This document shows positions 11,489-26,915 of a DNA stretch of 51,290 bases, in pieces; position 1 is the stretch's first letter, and every line of letters begins with the position of its first letter. A model generated the notes under the pieces. It made no database searches. It was given only the letters and a program-made list of their open reading frames with translations, and was not told the origin of the DNA. The position numbers and the translations under genes are program-made. This DNA comes from an uncultured delta proteobacterium (lineage in GTDB: Bacteria > Desulfobacterota > Binatia > UBA9968). The DNA lies in assembly GCA_963755715.1 (NCBI GenBank), contig CAVWLW010000022.1, positions 1-51,290 on the forward strand. Reading direction: 5' to 3'.

Positions 11489-12250
11489 ATGGCTCAGAAC
11501 GAAAACCTTGTCTTCGGCGTCAACCCGGTGCTGGAAAAAATTCGTGCGTCCAGCGCCGATATATTGGAAATCTTAATTTCCGATGGTTCCGATCGCGTCG
11601 CATTACGCATCGGCCAAGAAGCCGCGCGACTCGGTTTGCGCGTGGTCACGGTTCAGCGCAAAGTCCTCGATCGGCTCGTCGAAGGACAAAGACATCAGGG
11701 CGTGGTCGCAAAAGTTGCCGCCTACTCCTACTTGCCGTTTGAAGAATTGCTGCAGAAGATATCGGCAACCAAGGATTTGGAATGGATCTTGATACTCGAC
11801 GGCTTGACCGACCCGCGGAATTTTGGCGCCTTGTTGCGCAGCGCGGCAGCGGTCGGAATTCGCTATGTCGTCATTCCAAAAGATCGCTCCGTTGAGATCA
11901 CTCCAGTAGCGGTGAAAGCTTCTGCCGGTGCCGCTTACCACGTCAGCATAACCAGAGTAACGAATCTGCGGCGGGCCATTTCTCAATTGAAAGAGCGCGA
12001 CTATTGGGTCGTTGGTCTCGACTGTGGCAGTCCCGCTTCGATTTATGAAAAGAGCTATCCGCCTCGCTTGGCGATTGTCGTGGGTAGCGAGGGGAAAGGC
12101 ATGCGTCCGCTAATCTTGCGCGAGTGCGACTTTTTGGTCTCGATTCCGATGTTGGGTAAAGTCGAATCACTCAACGTGGGGGCCGCGGCAGCGGTATTTT
12201 TCTATGAGCTGCTGCGCCAAAGCCGAAATTTAAAGCCACGCAATGGGTAG
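11489..12250 (+). CDS. rlmB: 23S rRNA (guanosine-2'-O)-methyltransferase RlmB (SpoU/TrmH family)
   Basis: HQGVVA, LDGLTDPRNFGALLRSA, GSEGKG and ESLNVG SPOUT motifs. Confidence 0.93.
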   Translation: MAQNENLVFGVNPVLEKIRASSADILEILISDGSDRVALRIGQEAARLGLRVVTVQRKVLDRLVEGQRHQGVVAKVAAYSYLPFEELLQKISATKDLEWILILDGLTDPRNFGALLRSAAAVGIRYVVIPKDRSVEITPVAVKASAGAAYHVSITRVTNLRRAISQLKERDYWVVGLDCGSPASIYEKSYPPRLAIVVGSEGKGMRPLILRECDFLVSIPMLGKVESLNVGAAAAVFFYELLRQSRNLKPRNG

Positions 12251-12285
12251 ATAGAAGGATTTTTAATGATTTAGAAGCGGGGTTG

Positions 12286-12315
12286 TTGACATAGTCGGGT
12301 GAAGATGCTTTAAAT
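12286..12315 (+). promoter_or_regulatory. probable sigma-70 promoter of the tRNA-tuf unit
   Basis: TTGACA at 12286-12291, then TG-C-TTTAAAT 17-18 nt downstream. Confidence 0.5.
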
Positions 12316-12483
12316 ACCCGTTTACAAAAGAAGAATGGCACGATAGCGTCCTCGTTTGCGCGTGATGACAGGCGATTCGGCGAAAACTGGCTGGATAACC
12401 CATTATTGTTTCTCTGAAACGGCGGTTTGGTCAGGACCTTTAGGCTATTTGCGCTGGCGCTTTATTAGATTGATCTAAGCTAA

Positions 12484-12558
12484 GCTGGCGTAGCTCAACG
12501 GTAGAGCAGCTGATTTGTAATCAGCAGGTTGTAGGTTCAAATCCTATCGCCAGCTCCA
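12484..12558 (+). tRNA. tRNA-Thr(TGT)
   Basis: Acceptor GCTGGCG/CGCCAGC, anticodon arm CTGA-TTTGTAA-TCAG, CCA end. Confidence 0.95.
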
Positions 12559-12635
12559 GCCAGAAAGGCTGAAGTTTCGATCGTTACTGCGTTCGCGGAT
12601 AAGGAAAATTTGTTTCGTGGGGTGAAGGGAAATAG

Positions 12636-12720
<85 letters not shown>

Positions 12721-12738
12721 TATTTCGCGAATTCGTGC

Positions 12739-12814
12739 GCGGGAATAGCTCAGTTGGTAGAGCGCAAGCCTTCCAAGCTTGGGGTCGCGGGTTCGAGTCC
12801 CGTTTCCCGCTCCA
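12739..12814 (+). tRNA. tRNA-Gly(TCC)
   Basis: Acceptor GCGGGAA/TTCCCGC, anticodon arm CAAGC-CTTCCAA-GCTTG, TCCA end. Confidence 0.95.
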
Positions 12815-12899
12815 TTTTCATTGATCGCCGCCGGTATTCGGCTGATGAATCGCGGTGTGCAGGGTGAGCGCGCAATGCTCTATATCCGTTGAGTGATAG

Positions 12900-12972
12900 G
12901 CCCAGGTAGCTCAGTCGGTAGAGCACGTCCTTGGTAAGGACGAGGTCAGCGGTTCGATCCCGCTCCTGGGCT
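12900..12972 (+). tRNA. tRNA-Thr(GGT), CCA not encoded
   Basis: Acceptor GCCCAGG/CCTGGGC, anticodon loop TTGGTAA, followed by TTG rather than CCA. Confidence 0.92.
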
Positions 12973-13049
12973 TTGCCTTCATCGTGTTTGGGAACTAGAA
13001 ATTTGGATTTTGTGAATTGAGTCACCGGTAAAATCAATAGGAGGATGAG

Positions 13050-14240
13050 ATGAGCAAGCAGAAGTTTGAGCGTAAAAAGCCACACCTAAATATCGGAACA
13101 ATCGGTCACGTCGATCATGGTAAAACAACTTTAACAGCTGCGATTACCAAAGTTTTGGAAAAGTCGGGTAAGGCGAAGTTTCTTGCCTACGATCAGATCG
13201 ACAAAGCGCCTGAAGAAAGAGAGCGCGGCGTCACGATCAATATCGCACACGTCGAATACGAGACCGATAAACGTCATTACGCTCATGTCGACTGTCCGGG
13301 CCATGCCGACTACGTCAAGAACATGATTACCGGCGCAGCGCAGATGGACGGAGCGATTCTGGTTGTCTCGGCAGCTGACGGTCCGATGCCTCAAACGCGC
13401 GAACATATCTTATTGGCGCGCCAGGTCGGGGTGCCCGCGATCGTCGTTTTTCTTAACAAAGCAGATATGGTGGATGACAAAGAGCTCTTGGAACTTGTCG
13501 AGCTCGAAGTCCGCGAGCTACTCTCGAAATACAAGTTTCCGGGTGACGATACTCCTATCGTTATCGGCAGCGCGCTGAAGGCGCTTGAAGGCGACACATC
13601 CGAAATGGGGGAAGGCGCGATCTTAAAACTCATGGAAGCAGTAGATTCCTTCATTCAAGAACCCGTGCGCGATGTCGACAGGCCTTTTCTGATGCCGGTC
13701 GAGGACGTTTTTACGATCAGCGGACGCGGCACCGTTGTCACGGGCCGGGTGGAGCGCGGTATCGTGAAAGTTGGCGAGGAAATTGAAATTGTCGGCTTCA
13801 AGGCAACTCAAAAGACTGTGGCCACTGGTGTGGAAATGTTCCGAAAACTGCTCGACGAGGGGCAAGCTGGTGACAATATCGGCGTCCTGCTCCGCGGTAC
13901 CAAGCGAGAGGAAGTGGAGCGCGGCCAGGTTCTGGCTAAGCCAGGCAGCATTACGCCGCACAATAGATTTAACGCTGAAGCTTACGTTCTGACCAAAGAG
14001 GAAGGCGGCCGGCATACACCTTTTTTCAATGGTTATCGGCCGCAATTCTTTTTCCGCACGACGGACGTGACGGGAGTCGTTAAGTTGCCGGAAGGCACTG
14101 AAATGGTTATGCCGGGCGATAACATTAACGTAGAAATCGAGTTGATCACGCCTGTCGCCATGGATGATGGGCTGAAGTTCGCTATTCGTGAAGGTGGCCG
14201 GACCGTCGGCGCAGGAGTGGTTACAAAAATCAGTCAGTAA
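13050..14240 (+). CDS. tuf: elongation factor Tu
   Basis: [20 protein letters not shown] and NKAD motifs; 396 aa. Confidence 0.99.
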   Translation: MSKQKFERKKPHLNIGTIGHVDHGKTTLTAAITKVLEKSGKAKFLAYDQIDKAPEERERGVTINIAHVEYETDKRHYAHVDCPGHADYVKNMITGAAQMDGAILVVSAADGPMPQTREHILLARQVGVPAIVVFLNKADMVDDKELLELVELEVRELLSKYKFPGDDTPIVIGSALKALEGDTSEMGEGAILKLMEAVDSFIQEPVRDVDRPFLMPVEDVFTISGRGTVVTGRVERGIVKVGEEIEIVGFKATQKTVATGVEMFRKLLDEGQAGDNIGVLLRGTKREEVERGQVLAKPGSITPHNRFNAEAYVLTKEEGGRHTPFFNGYRPQFFFRTTDVTGVVKLPEGTEMVMPGDNINVEIELITPVAMDDGLKFAIREGGRTVGAGVVTKISQ

Positions 14241-14271
14241 CGGGTTATTGCGGCCAAGGGAGGTTGCGACC

Positions 14272-14424
14272 ATGCGGGAACTGGTAGGATTTGCGTGCGA
14301 TCAATGTAAGCGTAAGAATTACACATCGACAAAGAACCGGAAGAAAACCACGGACAAACTGTCTCTCAAGAAGTTTTGTGCTTCTTGCCGGGCCCACACC
14401 CTGCATCGCGAGGTTAAAGTCTAA
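14272..14424 (+). CDS. rpmG: 50S ribosomal protein L33 (zinc-binding form)
   Basis: MRELVGFACDQCKRKNY...KKFCASCRAHTLHRE. RBS GGAGG before ATG 14272. Confidence 0.95.
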   Translation: MRELVGFACDQCKRKNYTSTKNRKKTTDKLSLKKFCASCRAHTLHREVKV

Positions 14425-14436
14425 CGGGGATACAGG

Positions 14437-14513
14437 GGGTCAGTAGCTCCAATTGGTAGAGCGCCGGACTCCAAATCCGGTTGTTGCAGGTTCGAGTCCT
14501 GCCTGACCCGCCA
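14437..14513 (+). tRNA. tRNA-Trp(CCA)
   Basis: Acceptor GGGTCAG/CTGACCC, anticodon arm CCGGA-CTCCAAA-TCCGG, CCA end, usual position between rpmG and secE. Confidence 0.95.
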
Positions 14514-14530
14514 TCTCATTAGATGTCTTT

Positions 14531-14746
14531 ATGGGAGATTGGATTCAAAAAATCCAGGACGGGGCTCGGCAGGGAGTCGAGTTTTTTAAGGAGGCCTGGC
14601 AGGAACTGAAAAAGGTCTATTGGCCTTCGCGTAAGGAAACTTATGCGGCGACGCTGGTGGTAATTATTGTGGTCGTGCTCATCTCCGTATATTTGGCGGC
14701 GGTTGATTTGGCTTTGACGAAGGCCATTCAAGCGATTGTCGGATAA
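14531..14746 (+). CDS. secE: preprotein translocase subunit SecE
   Basis: ELKKVYWPSRKET followed by a single TM helix. Confidence 0.95.
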   Translation: MGDWIQKIQDGARQGVEFFKEAWQELKKVYWPSRKETYAATLVVIIVVVLISVYLAAVDLALTKAIQAIVG

Positions 14747-14763
14747 TCTTTAGGCGCTTCCTT

Positions 14764-15294
14764 ATGGCGAAACAGTGGTACATCGTGCACACCTTTTCGG
14801 GTTACGAACAAAAGGCCAAGGCAGCGCTTGAAGAGCGAATTCGATCTCTGAGCAAACAGGATTATTTCGGAGAGATCCTGGTGCCGGTCGAGAAAGTGGT
14901 CGAGTTGGTCAAGGGTAAGAAGAAAACTTCCTCACGCAAATTTTTTCCCGGCTACATTCTGGTCCAGATGGAACTAGACGATGAAACTTGGCATGTGGTT
15001 AAGGAAACTCCCAAGGTGACCGGGTTCGTCGGCGGCAGTACAAACCCGCCGCCGGTGAGCGACGAGGAGGTCCGGGCGATCACGCAACAGATGGAAGAGG
15101 GCGCGATCAAGCCTAAGCCGCGGGTATTGTTCTCTGTCGGCGAGAACGTCAAGGTTGTTGATGGACCGTTTGCCGATTTCAATGGCGTTGTCGAAGAGGT
15201 TAAGCCTGATAAAGGAAAGCTCAGGGTTTTGATCAGCATATTCGGACGGGCGACACCGGTGGAGCTCGAGTTCGTCCAGGTTGAACGTAATTAG
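14764..15294 (+). CDS. nusG: transcription termination/antitermination factor NusG
   Basis: WYIVHTFSGYE, FFPGYILV, KOW motif DGPFADFNG, IFGRATPVEL. Confidence 0.98.
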   Translation: MAKQWYIVHTFSGYEQKAKAALEERIRSLSKQDYFGEILVPVEKVVELVKGKKKTSSRKFFPGYILVQMELDDETWHVVKETPKVTGFVGGSTNPPPVSDEEVRAITQQMEEGAIKPKPRVLFSVGENVKVVDGPFADFNGVVEEVKPDKGKLRVLISIFGRATPVELEFVQVERN

Positions 15295-15312
15295 CGAAAA
15301 GGGTCCAACGAC

Positions 15313-15738
15313 ATGGCGAAGAAAGTCATCGGGGAAATCAAACTGCAAATCCCGGCTGGGCAGGCCAACCCAAGCCCGCCGGTCGGTCCGGCATTAGGTC
15401 AGCGCGGCGTCAACATTATGGAATTTTGCAAATCTTTTAACGCCGCAACTCAGGCGCAGCAGGGGATGATCACGCCGGTCATCATCACCGTTTATGCCGA
15501 TCGATCCTTTACGTTCGTCACCAAAACTCCGCCAGCATCGGTCTTGCTCAAAAAAGCCGCCGGCCTTGAAAAGGGTTCTGCCGAGGCCGGTAAGACCACA
15601 GTCGGTAAGGTGACTCGAGCTCAAGTCAGGCAGATCGCTGAGCTGAAGCTCAAGGATCTGACCGCCAAGGATTTAGCGGCGGCGGAAAAGTCGATTGAAG
15701 GCACGGCGCGAAGTCTAGGGCTGGACGTCGAGGGCTGA
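15313..15738 (+). CDS. rplK: 50S ribosomal protein L11
   Basis: [21 protein letters not shown]. Confidence 0.98.
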   Translation: MAKKVIGEIKLQIPAGQANPSPPVGPALGQRGVNIMEFCKSFNAATQAQQGMITPVIITVYADRSFTFVTKTPPASVLLKKAAGLEKGSAEAGKTTVGKVTRAQVRQIAELKLKDLTAKDLAAAEKSIEGTARSLGLDVEG

Positions 15739-15813
15739 TTATTGGCCGCGCTATTGTTCGGCGGCGAGTTCAAACGCACCAACTCGCTTCATTTATAATT
15801 TAGAGGAACTGTT

Positions 15814-16518
15814 ATGAGTGGAAACGGCAAGACTTATCGTGCTGCGCTCGAAAAAGTCGATCGCAGCCAGCGCTATCCTTTGGAAGATAGCCTTCGCTTG
15901 GCCAAAGAAACCGCCCGCGCCAAGTTCGACGAGACCGTCGAGCTGGCGATTCGTTTGGGCGTCGACCCGCGCCAGGCCGATCAAAACATCCGCGGCACCG
16001 TGACGTTGCCGCACGGCATGGGTAAGACCGTGCGCGTGCTGGCGTTCGCCAAAGGCGACAAAGAAAAGGAAGCCCAGGAGGCCGGCGCCGATTTCGTCGG
16101 CAGCGACGAATTGATTAAAAAGATCAGCGAAGGCTGGTTGGATTTCGATAAGGCGGTGGCGACACCGGATATGATGGGCGCGGTGGGTCGTATCGGTAAG
16201 ATCTTGGGCCCGCGCGGCCTGATGCCGAATCCTAAAACTGGGACGGTCGCCGCCGATATTGGCAAGGCGGTGAAAGAAATTAAGGCGGGTAAACTCGAAT
16301 ACCGCGTTGATAAAGCCGGCATCGTTCACGTGCCGGTGGGAAAAGCTTCTTTCGGTGCAGAACAGCTCATCGATAACGCCCGCGCAGTGCTCCTGTCTAT
16401 TTTGCGAGCGAAGCCGGCGTCGGCGAAGGGAAATTATGTCAAGGGTGTGACCGTTGCCACGACGATGGGACCGGGAATCAAAATTGACCTTTCGCAAGTT
16501 CGCGCGATGGCCGCCTAA
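15814..16518 (+). CDS. rplA: 50S ribosomal protein L1
   Basis: [23 protein letters not shown]. Confidence 0.98.
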   Translation: MSGNGKTYRAALEKVDRSQRYPLEDSLRLAKETARAKFDETVELAIRLGVDPRQADQNIRGTVTLPHGMGKTVRVLAFAKGDKEKEAQEAGADFVGSDELIKKISEGWLDFDKAVATPDMMGAVGRIGKILGPRGLMPNPKTGTVAADIGKAVKEIKAGKLEYRVDKAGIVHVPVGKASFGAEQLIDNARAVLLSILRAKPASAKGNYVKGVTVATTMGPGIKIDLSQVRAMAA

Positions 16519-16575
16519 ATCGCCAGAGTTCAGCTAACGAGAGCCGAGTCATTTTGCATCATTTAAGTTAGGGAG

Positions 16576-17124
16576 ATGACAATGTCGGAAGCGCAGGTTG
16601 TCCGTGCCAGCCATGGCGAAAAAGCCGAAACCGTGGCGGCGATTCATCAGCGGCTAAAATCGGCCAAGATGGCGATCGTCACCGAATATCGTGGCCTCAG
16701 TGTGGCGCAAATGACTCGGTTGCGGCGCGAAATTCGCGACGCCTCGGGCGAGTACCAGGTGATCAAGAACACGTTGGTGCGCCGCGCGCTTGACGGCACC
16801 GCGTTCGGCGATTTGGAAAAGCTTCTCGAAGGGCCCAACGGTTGGGTCTTTGCCTATGAAGATCCGGTGGTTTTGTCCAAGGCGCTGGTCAAGTTTGCCG
16901 ACGACCATGACCGATTGGCGATCAAGGGCGGCGTTTTCGAAGGACGCTTCATGGATCCCGCCGGGGTGAAGGTCTTGTCGCAAATGCCGAGTAAGCCAGT
17001 GCTCCAGGCGAGGTTGCTCGCGATGATCAACGCTCCGGCAACGCAGCTGGTGCGCCTGATTCAAGAGCCTGGAGCTAGGACGGTGCGATTGCTCGAATCG
17101 GTTCGGAAGTCGAAGACTGAATAA
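16576..17124 (+). CDS. rplJ: 50S ribosomal protein L10
   Basis: EYRGLSVAQMTRLR, VIKNTL. The start could be 16582. Confidence 0.95.
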   Translation: MTMSEAQVVRASHGEKAETVAAIHQRLKSAKMAIVTEYRGLSVAQMTRLRREIRDASGEYQVIKNTLVRRALDGTAFGDLEKLLEGPNGWVFAYEDPVVLSKALVKFADDHDRLAIKGGVFEGRFMDPAGVKVLSQMPSKPVLQARLLAMINAPATQLVRLIQEPGARTVRLLESVRKSKTE

Positions 17125-17163
17125 CGGAATATTTGCACATCTAATAAAAGGGGGAACGATTTT

Positions 17164-17541
17164 ATGGAAGGCGTATCCAAGGAACAGGTTAAGGATTTTA
17201 TCAAAAACATGACCTTGATGGACGCGGCCGCGCTCGTCAAGGAGTTGGAAGAAGAGCTGGGGGTGAGCGCAGCGGCTCCGATGGCGGTCGCCGCGGCGGC
17301 AGGGCCGGCGGCGGCAGCCGTTGAAGAAAAGACCGAGTTTAATGTCATTCTCGCAGAGGCCGGCGAAAAGAAGATTCAAGTCATCAAAGTCGTCCGTGAA
17401 TTGACGGGTCTTGGTTTAAAAGAGGCGAAGGACCTTGTCGACGGCGCCCCCAAACCGGTGAAAGAAGCGGTGCCCAAGGCCGAAGCCGAAACGATCAAGA
17501 AAAAACTCGAAGAACAGGGCGCGAAGGTCGAAATCAAGTAG
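17164..17541 (+). CDS. rplL: 50S ribosomal protein L7/L12
   Basis: Ala-rich hinge, [30 protein letters not shown]. Confidence 0.98.
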   Translation: MEGVSKEQVKDFIKNMTLMDAAALVKELEEELGVSAAAPMAVAAAAGPAAAAVEEKTEFNVILAEAGEKKIQVIKVVRELTGLGLKEAKDLVDGAPKPVKEAVPKAEAETIKKKLEEQGAKVEIK

Positions 17542-17614
17542 ACCGCTTCGGGCGGTGCTTGCCGGTGAGTTACATTCATGAATCGTTGACCGCAAGTTCA
17601 ACAGAGGAGTGTCC

Positions 17615-20600
17615 ATGGCATTTCAAGTTGCCAACAATTTACGATTTCGCCGAACCTTTGGGAGGATCAGGAAAATTATCGATCTTCCCTATTTAATTGA
17701 AATTCAAAAGAACTCATACGAACTGTTCCTGCAAAAGGACGTGGCGCCGATGGAGCGCCAGAGCATGGGTTTGCAGGAAGTTTTTAAATCCGTCTTTCCG
17801 ATCAAGGACTTTAATGAAACGGCGTCGCTGGAATTCGTCAGCTTTTCGTTGGGCGAGCCCAAATACGATGTCGAAGAATGTCATCAACGCGGCATGACTT
17901 TCGCCGCGCCTTTGAAAGTCACGGTACAGCTGGTGCTGTGGGATGTCGACCAGCAAACCGGCTCACGCAGCATCAAAAACGTCAAGGAGCAAGAGGTTTA
18001 CTTCGGCGAGATTCCGCTGATGACCATCAACGGCACGTTCATGATCAACGGCACAGAGCGGGTGATCGTCAGCCAGCTTCATCGTTCCCCTGGCGTATTT
18101 TTTGAGCACGACAAGGGCAAAACTCACGCCAGCGGCAAGCTGCTTTACTCTGCCCGCGTCATTCCCTATCGCGGCTCATGGGTAGATCTGGAATTTGATC
18201 CTCGCGATGTTCTCTACGTGCGCATCGACCGGCGGCGTAAATTTCATGCCACGGTGTTGTTGCGCGCGCTGGGCATGACGACCGAAGACCTGCTTAATTA
18301 TTATTATAAGAGCGATACCCTTGTTTTTGACGGACGCAAGCCAGCGCTCCTATTCAATCCCGGGCATCTAATCAACGCCAAGGTAAGCGCGGACGTGCGC
18401 GATCCCAAGTCCAACGACATCATCGTTAAGGAAGGCAAAAAATTTACCCGCCCGATCCTGCGTCAAATGGAAGCCGCCAAGATGAAGCAGGTTCCCGTGG
18501 TGTGGGAAGATATTTTAGGGCGAGTGGCGGCGCACGATATTGTCGATCCGCAAACCAAGGAAGTGCTGGTCGAGTGCAATCAAGAAATTACCCAGGAAAA
18601 GCTTGACCTCATTCGTGATAAAGGAATCCACCAGATCGATGTGTTGTTCATCGATGAGTCCAGCGTCGGCCCCTATTTGCGAAATACTTTACTCCAAGAT
18701 CGCATTAAATCCCCCCAAGATGCGATTCTGGAAATCTATCGTCGTTTGCGTCCGGGTGATCCGCCGACGGTGGAATCGGCGACCAATTTCTTTAACAATT
18801 TATTTTTTAATCCGGACCGTTACGACCTTTCCAAAGTCGGTCGTCTCAAGCTCAATCATCGCTTGAAGCTCAATGTGCCTCTCGAACAGGGCACCTTGCG
18901 CAAGGAAGACATTCTCGAAGTCGTGCGTTACTTAATGGAGCTCAAAAACGGCAACGGATCGGTGGACGATATCGACCATCTAGGTAATCGCCGGGTGCGC
19001 GCGGTTGGGGAGCTTGTCGAAAACCACTTCCGTGTCGGTCTGGTACGCATGGAGAGAGCGATCAAAGAAAAGATGAGTTTGCAGGACATCGAAACTTTGA
19101 TGCCGCAGGAGTTGATCAATTACAAACCGGTTTCAGCGGCGCTCAAGGAATTTTTCGGTTCGAGCCAGCTCTCGCAATTTATGGATCAAACCAATCCGCT
19201 ATCGGAGATCACTCACAAGCGGCGACTCTCAGCTTTGGGCCCGGGTGGTTTGACGCGCGAGCGCGCCGGTTTCGAAGTCCGTGACGTGCATCCGACACAT
19301 TACGGCCGGGTTTGTCCGATCGAGACACCGGAAGGTCCGAACATCGGTCTGATCGCGTCGCTCACGACTTATGCGCGAGTCAATGATTTCGGTTTTATCG
19401 AGACTCCCTATCGTGAAGTAGAGAACAGCCGGGTGACCGACCGCATCCGTTATCTGTCGGCGCTGGAAGAAGAGGACCATGTAATTGCCCAGGCCAACGC
19501 GCCGATTGACGGCCGCGGTAATTTTACGGCGGATCTGGTTTCATCTCGCAAAGGTGGTGAGTTCGTCATGGCGCGTCCGGAAGAAATCAACTTCATGGAC
19601 GTGTCACCGAACCAGCTTGTCAGCGTCGCGGCTTCTTTGATTCCGTTTCTGGAAAACGACGACGCCAACCGCGCCTTGATGGGCTCCAACATGCAGCGGC
19701 AAGCTGTGCCGTTACTGAGAACCGAGGCGCCGCTGGTGGGCACCGGCATGGAAAAGACCGTGGCGCGCGACTCCGGCGTCACCGTGGTGGCGCGGCGTGA
19801 TGGTGTGGTGGAGAGCGTGGATTCGACCCGGATCGTTATCAAGGCGGATAAGGCGTCGAGTGCGCGCGACACCGGCGTCGATATTTACAATTTGGTGAAA
19901 TACCAACGGTCGAACCAAAATACCTGCATGAACCAGAGGCCGATCGTTCTGGTCGGCGATCAAGTCAAGGTCGGCGATGTGATCGCCGACGGGCCATCGA
20001 CGGAGATGGGCGAGCTGGCTCTCGGTCGCAACGTTGTGGTCGCCCTGATGCCCTGGGGCGGATATAACTTCGAGGATTCGATTTTGATCAGCGAGCGGGT
20101 CGTCAAGGAAGATATTTACACCTCGATCCACATCGAAGAGTTCGAATGCGTCTCGCGCGACACCAAATTGGGCCCCGAAGAGATTACCCGAGATATTCCC
20201 AATGTCGGCGATGAAGCTTTGATGGATCTCGACGAGAGCGGCATTATCCGGATCGGCGCTGAGGTGAGGCCCGGCAATATTCTGGTAGGCAAGATTACCC
20301 CCAAAGGCGAGACCCAGCTCTCGCCCGAAGAAAAATTGTTGCGCGCAATTTTCGGTGAGAAAGCCGGTGAAGTCCGCGATACCTCCTTGCGGGTCCCTCC
20401 AGGGGTCGAAGGCACGGTCATCAACGTGCGGATTTTCTCGCGCAAGGGCTTGGGCAAAGACGAGCGCAGCAAGGCGATCGAGGATGAAGAGGTCGTGCGG
20501 CTCAGGAAAGATCAGCACGACGAAATCCGCATTCTCCAAGACGGCGCTCTCCGGCGCTTGAAAAGATTACTCGTCGGGCGCCGGCTTGCGGGACGGATCA

Positions 20601-21718
20601 GCGACGACAGCCGAAAAGTTCTGCTCAACAAGGGTCAGGAGTTGACCGAGGAAGATCTCGATCAATTGCCGATGTCTTACTGGAGTGAAATCCGCGTCGA
20701 TAACGAATCCGCGGAAAACGAGCTCAGTCGCATCATCGATAGCACGACCGGACAAATCAATTTGATCAAGCACGCTTTCGAGGACAAAATTGAAAAGCTC
20801 AAAGGCGGTGACGAGTTGCCACCGGGCGTAATTAAGATGGTCAAGGTCTTTGTCGCAATCAAGCGTAAGCTCCAGGTCGGCGACAAGATGGCGGGCCGTC
20901 ATGGCAACAAAGGCGTTATTTCGCGCATATTGCCCGAAGAAGATATGCCCTATCTGGAAGACGGGACGCCCGTGGACGTGGTGCTAAATCCGCTCGGTGT
21001 TCCTTCCCGTATGAACGTCGGCCAGATTCTCGAAGCTCACCTCGGTTGGGCCGCGCGCAGTCTCGGACACCAGATTGATGAGATGCTCCGCCTGCACCGC
21101 GAGGATGGTGACTCCTTGCGCCGCCGCTTGAAAGACTTTCTCAACACCAAAGAAGCGACCGATTTGATTGAAGGCGCGAAAGATCCCGAGGTTGTGAAAC
21201 TTGCGGAAAAGTACCGCGAAGGCATTCATATCGCCTCGCCGGTGTTTGACGGCGCCGCCGAAGAGGAAATCTTTAACCTGCTGAGAAAAGCGGGATTGCC
21301 AGCGACTGGCCAGGTAACTCTTTATGACGGGCGATCTGGTCAACCGTTCGATGGCAAAGTGACAGTGGGCGTGATGTACATCATGAAGCTGCACCATCTG
21401 GTCGACGATAAAATACATGCCCGTTCGACCGGTCCTTATTCGCTTGTCACTCAGCAACCGCTGGGAGGTAAAGCGCAATTCGGCGGTCAGCGCCTGGGAG
21501 AAATGGAAGTTTGGGCACTGGAAGCTTACGGCGCGGCCTACACGCTGCAGGAAATGCTTACGGTCAAATCCGACGACGTCGTCGGTCGAACGCGCATGTA
21601 CGAAGCGATCGTCAAGGGAGACAACCTGCTTGAGCCGGGCTTGCCGGAATCTTTTAACGTCATGGTCAAAGAACTACAAAGTTTGGGCCTCGATGTCGAT
21701 CTAGTGGAAGAAAAGTAG
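17615..21718 (+). CDS. rpoB: DNA-directed RNA polymerase subunit beta
   Basis: [49 protein letters not shown] before ATG 17615. Confidence 0.99.
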   Translation: MAFQVANNLRFRRTFGRIRKIIDLPYLIEIQKNSYELFLQKDVAPMERQSMGLQEVFKSVFPIKDFNETASLEFVSFSLGEPKYDVEECHQRGMTFAAPLKVTVQLVLWDVDQQTGSRSIKNVKEQEVYFGEIPLMTINGTFMINGTERVIVSQLHRSPGVFFEHDKGKTHASGKLLYSARVIPYRGSWVDLEFDPRDVLYVRIDRRRKFHATVLLRALGMTTEDLLNYYYKSDTLVFDGRKPALLFNPGHLINAKVSADVRDPKSNDIIVKEGKKFTRPILRQMEAAKMKQVPVVWEDILGRVAAHDIVDPQTKEVLVECNQEITQEKLDLIRDKGIHQIDVLFIDESSVGPYLRNTLLQDRIKSPQDAILEIYRRLRPGDPPTVESATNFFNNLFFNPDRYDLSKVGRLKLNHRLKLNVPLEQGTLRKEDILEVVRYLMELKNGNGSVDDIDHLGNRRVRAVGELVENHFRVGLVRMERAIKEKMSLQDIETLMPQELINYKPVSAALKEFFGSSQLSQFMDQTNPLSEITHKRRLSALGPGGLTRERAGFEVRDVHPTHYGRVCPIETPEGPNIGLIASLTTYARVNDFGFIETPYREVENSRVTDRIRYLSALEEEDHVIAQANAPIDGRGNFTADLVSSRKGGEFVMARPEEINFMDVSPNQLVSVAASLIPFLENDDANRALMGSNMQRQAVPLLRTEAPLVGTGMEKTVARDSGVTVVARRDGVVESVDSTRIVIKADKASSARDTGVDIYNLVKYQRSNQNTCMNQRPIVLVGDQVKVGDVIADGPSTEMGELALGRNVVVALMPWGGYNFEDSILISERVVKEDIYTSIHIEEFECVSRDTKLGPEEITRDIPNVGDEALMDLDESGIIRIGAEVRPGNILVGKITPKGETQLSPEEKLLRAIFGEKAGEVRDTSLRVPPGVEGTVINVRIFSRKGLGKDERSKAIEDEEVVRLRKDQHDEIRILQDGALRRLKRLLVGRRLAGRISDDSRKVLLNKGQELTEEDLDQLPMSYWSEIRVDNESAENELSRIIDSTTGQINLIKHAFEDKIEKLKGGDELPPGVIKMVKVFVAIKRKLQVGDKMAGRHGNKGVISRILPEEDMPYLEDGTPVDVVLNPLGVPSRMNVGQILEAHLGWAARSLGHQIDEMLRLHREDGDSLRRRLKDFLNTKEATDLIEGAKDPEVVKLAEKYREGIHIASPVFDGAAEEEIFNLLRKAGLPATGQVTLYDGRSGQPFDGKVTVGVMYIMKLHHLVDDKIHARSTGPYSLVTQQPLGGKAQFGGQRLGEMEVWALEAYGAAYTLQEMLTVKSDDVVGRTRMYEAIVKGDNLLEPGLPESFNVMVKELQSLGLDVDLVEEK

Positions 21719-21764
21719 CGAAGCCAGATTAGCCTAGCTGCTTGAACCGGAGGTTGATTCGACT

Positions 21765-25892
<4,128 letters not shown>

Positions 25893-25896
25893 AGCT

Positions 25897-25925
25897 TTGA
25901 CAATGGCCAGGGATTTTGTTATTAA
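25897..25925 (+). promoter_or_regulatory. sigma-70 promoter of the str (rpsL) operon
   Basis: TTGACA at 25897-25902, 17-nt spacer, extended TG-T-TATTAA ending at 25925. Confidence 0.7.
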
Positions 25926-25998
25926 CAGGATTTCCCTAAAGAGGAGTTTAATAACAAACAACTCCTCAGACTCCAAGTTTAAATTGCGATGAGAAAAT

Positions 25999-26370
25999 AT
26001 GCCGACGATTAGCCAATTAGTGCGTGAAAGCCGCGAAAAACAACGACGCAAGAACACTGCGCCGGCGCTGCAAAGCTGCCCGCAAAAGCGCGGCGTGTGC
26101 ACGCGCGTTTATACGTCGACGCCGAAAAAACCCAACTCGGCATTGCGCAAAGTTGCCCGGGTTCGTTTGACGAACGGCATTGAAGTGACTTCGTATATCC
26201 CAGGCGTGGGGCACAATCTGCAAGAACACTCCGTCGTGTTGATTCGCGGCGGCCGTGTCAAGGATCTGCCCGGCGTGCGCTATCACATTGTCCGGGGCAC
26301 CTTGGATTCGATCGGCGTTCAAGAACGCCGACAGAGTCGCTCCAAATACGGTGCGAAGAGGCCGAAGTAG
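25999..26370 (+). CDS. rpsL: 30S ribosomal protein S12
   Basis: [21 protein letters not shown]. Confidence 0.99.
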   Translation: MPTISQLVRESREKQRRKNTAPALQSCPQKRGVCTRVYTSTPKKPNSALRKVARVRLTNGIEVTSYIPGVGHNLQEHSVVLIRGGRVKDLPGVRYHIVRGTLDSIGVQERRQSRSKYGAKRPK

Positions 26371-26847
<477 letters not shown>

Positions 26848-26870
26848 CTAACAGCGTCTGTGATGCTGGG

Positions 26871-26901
26871 AAAGGAGGCGGTCGATCCGCCTCCTTTTTT
26901 T
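26871..26901 (+). terminator. intrinsic terminator-like hairpin between rpsG and fusA
   Basis: AAAGGAGGCGG-TCGAT-CCGCCTCC followed by seven T. Confidence 0.7.
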
Positions 26902-26915
26902 CCGCGCAGCGAAAA

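Noticed and set aside
12336-12352. TGGCACG as a sigma-54 promoter upstream of the tRNA cluster
   Set aside because: No GC at the required -12 spacing, and a sigma-70-like promoter lies just upstream.
15764-15787. GCGAGTT/AACTCGC hairpin between rplK and rplA as an L1 leader
   Set aside because: Short stem, and I cannot see the L1-binding internal-loop motif.
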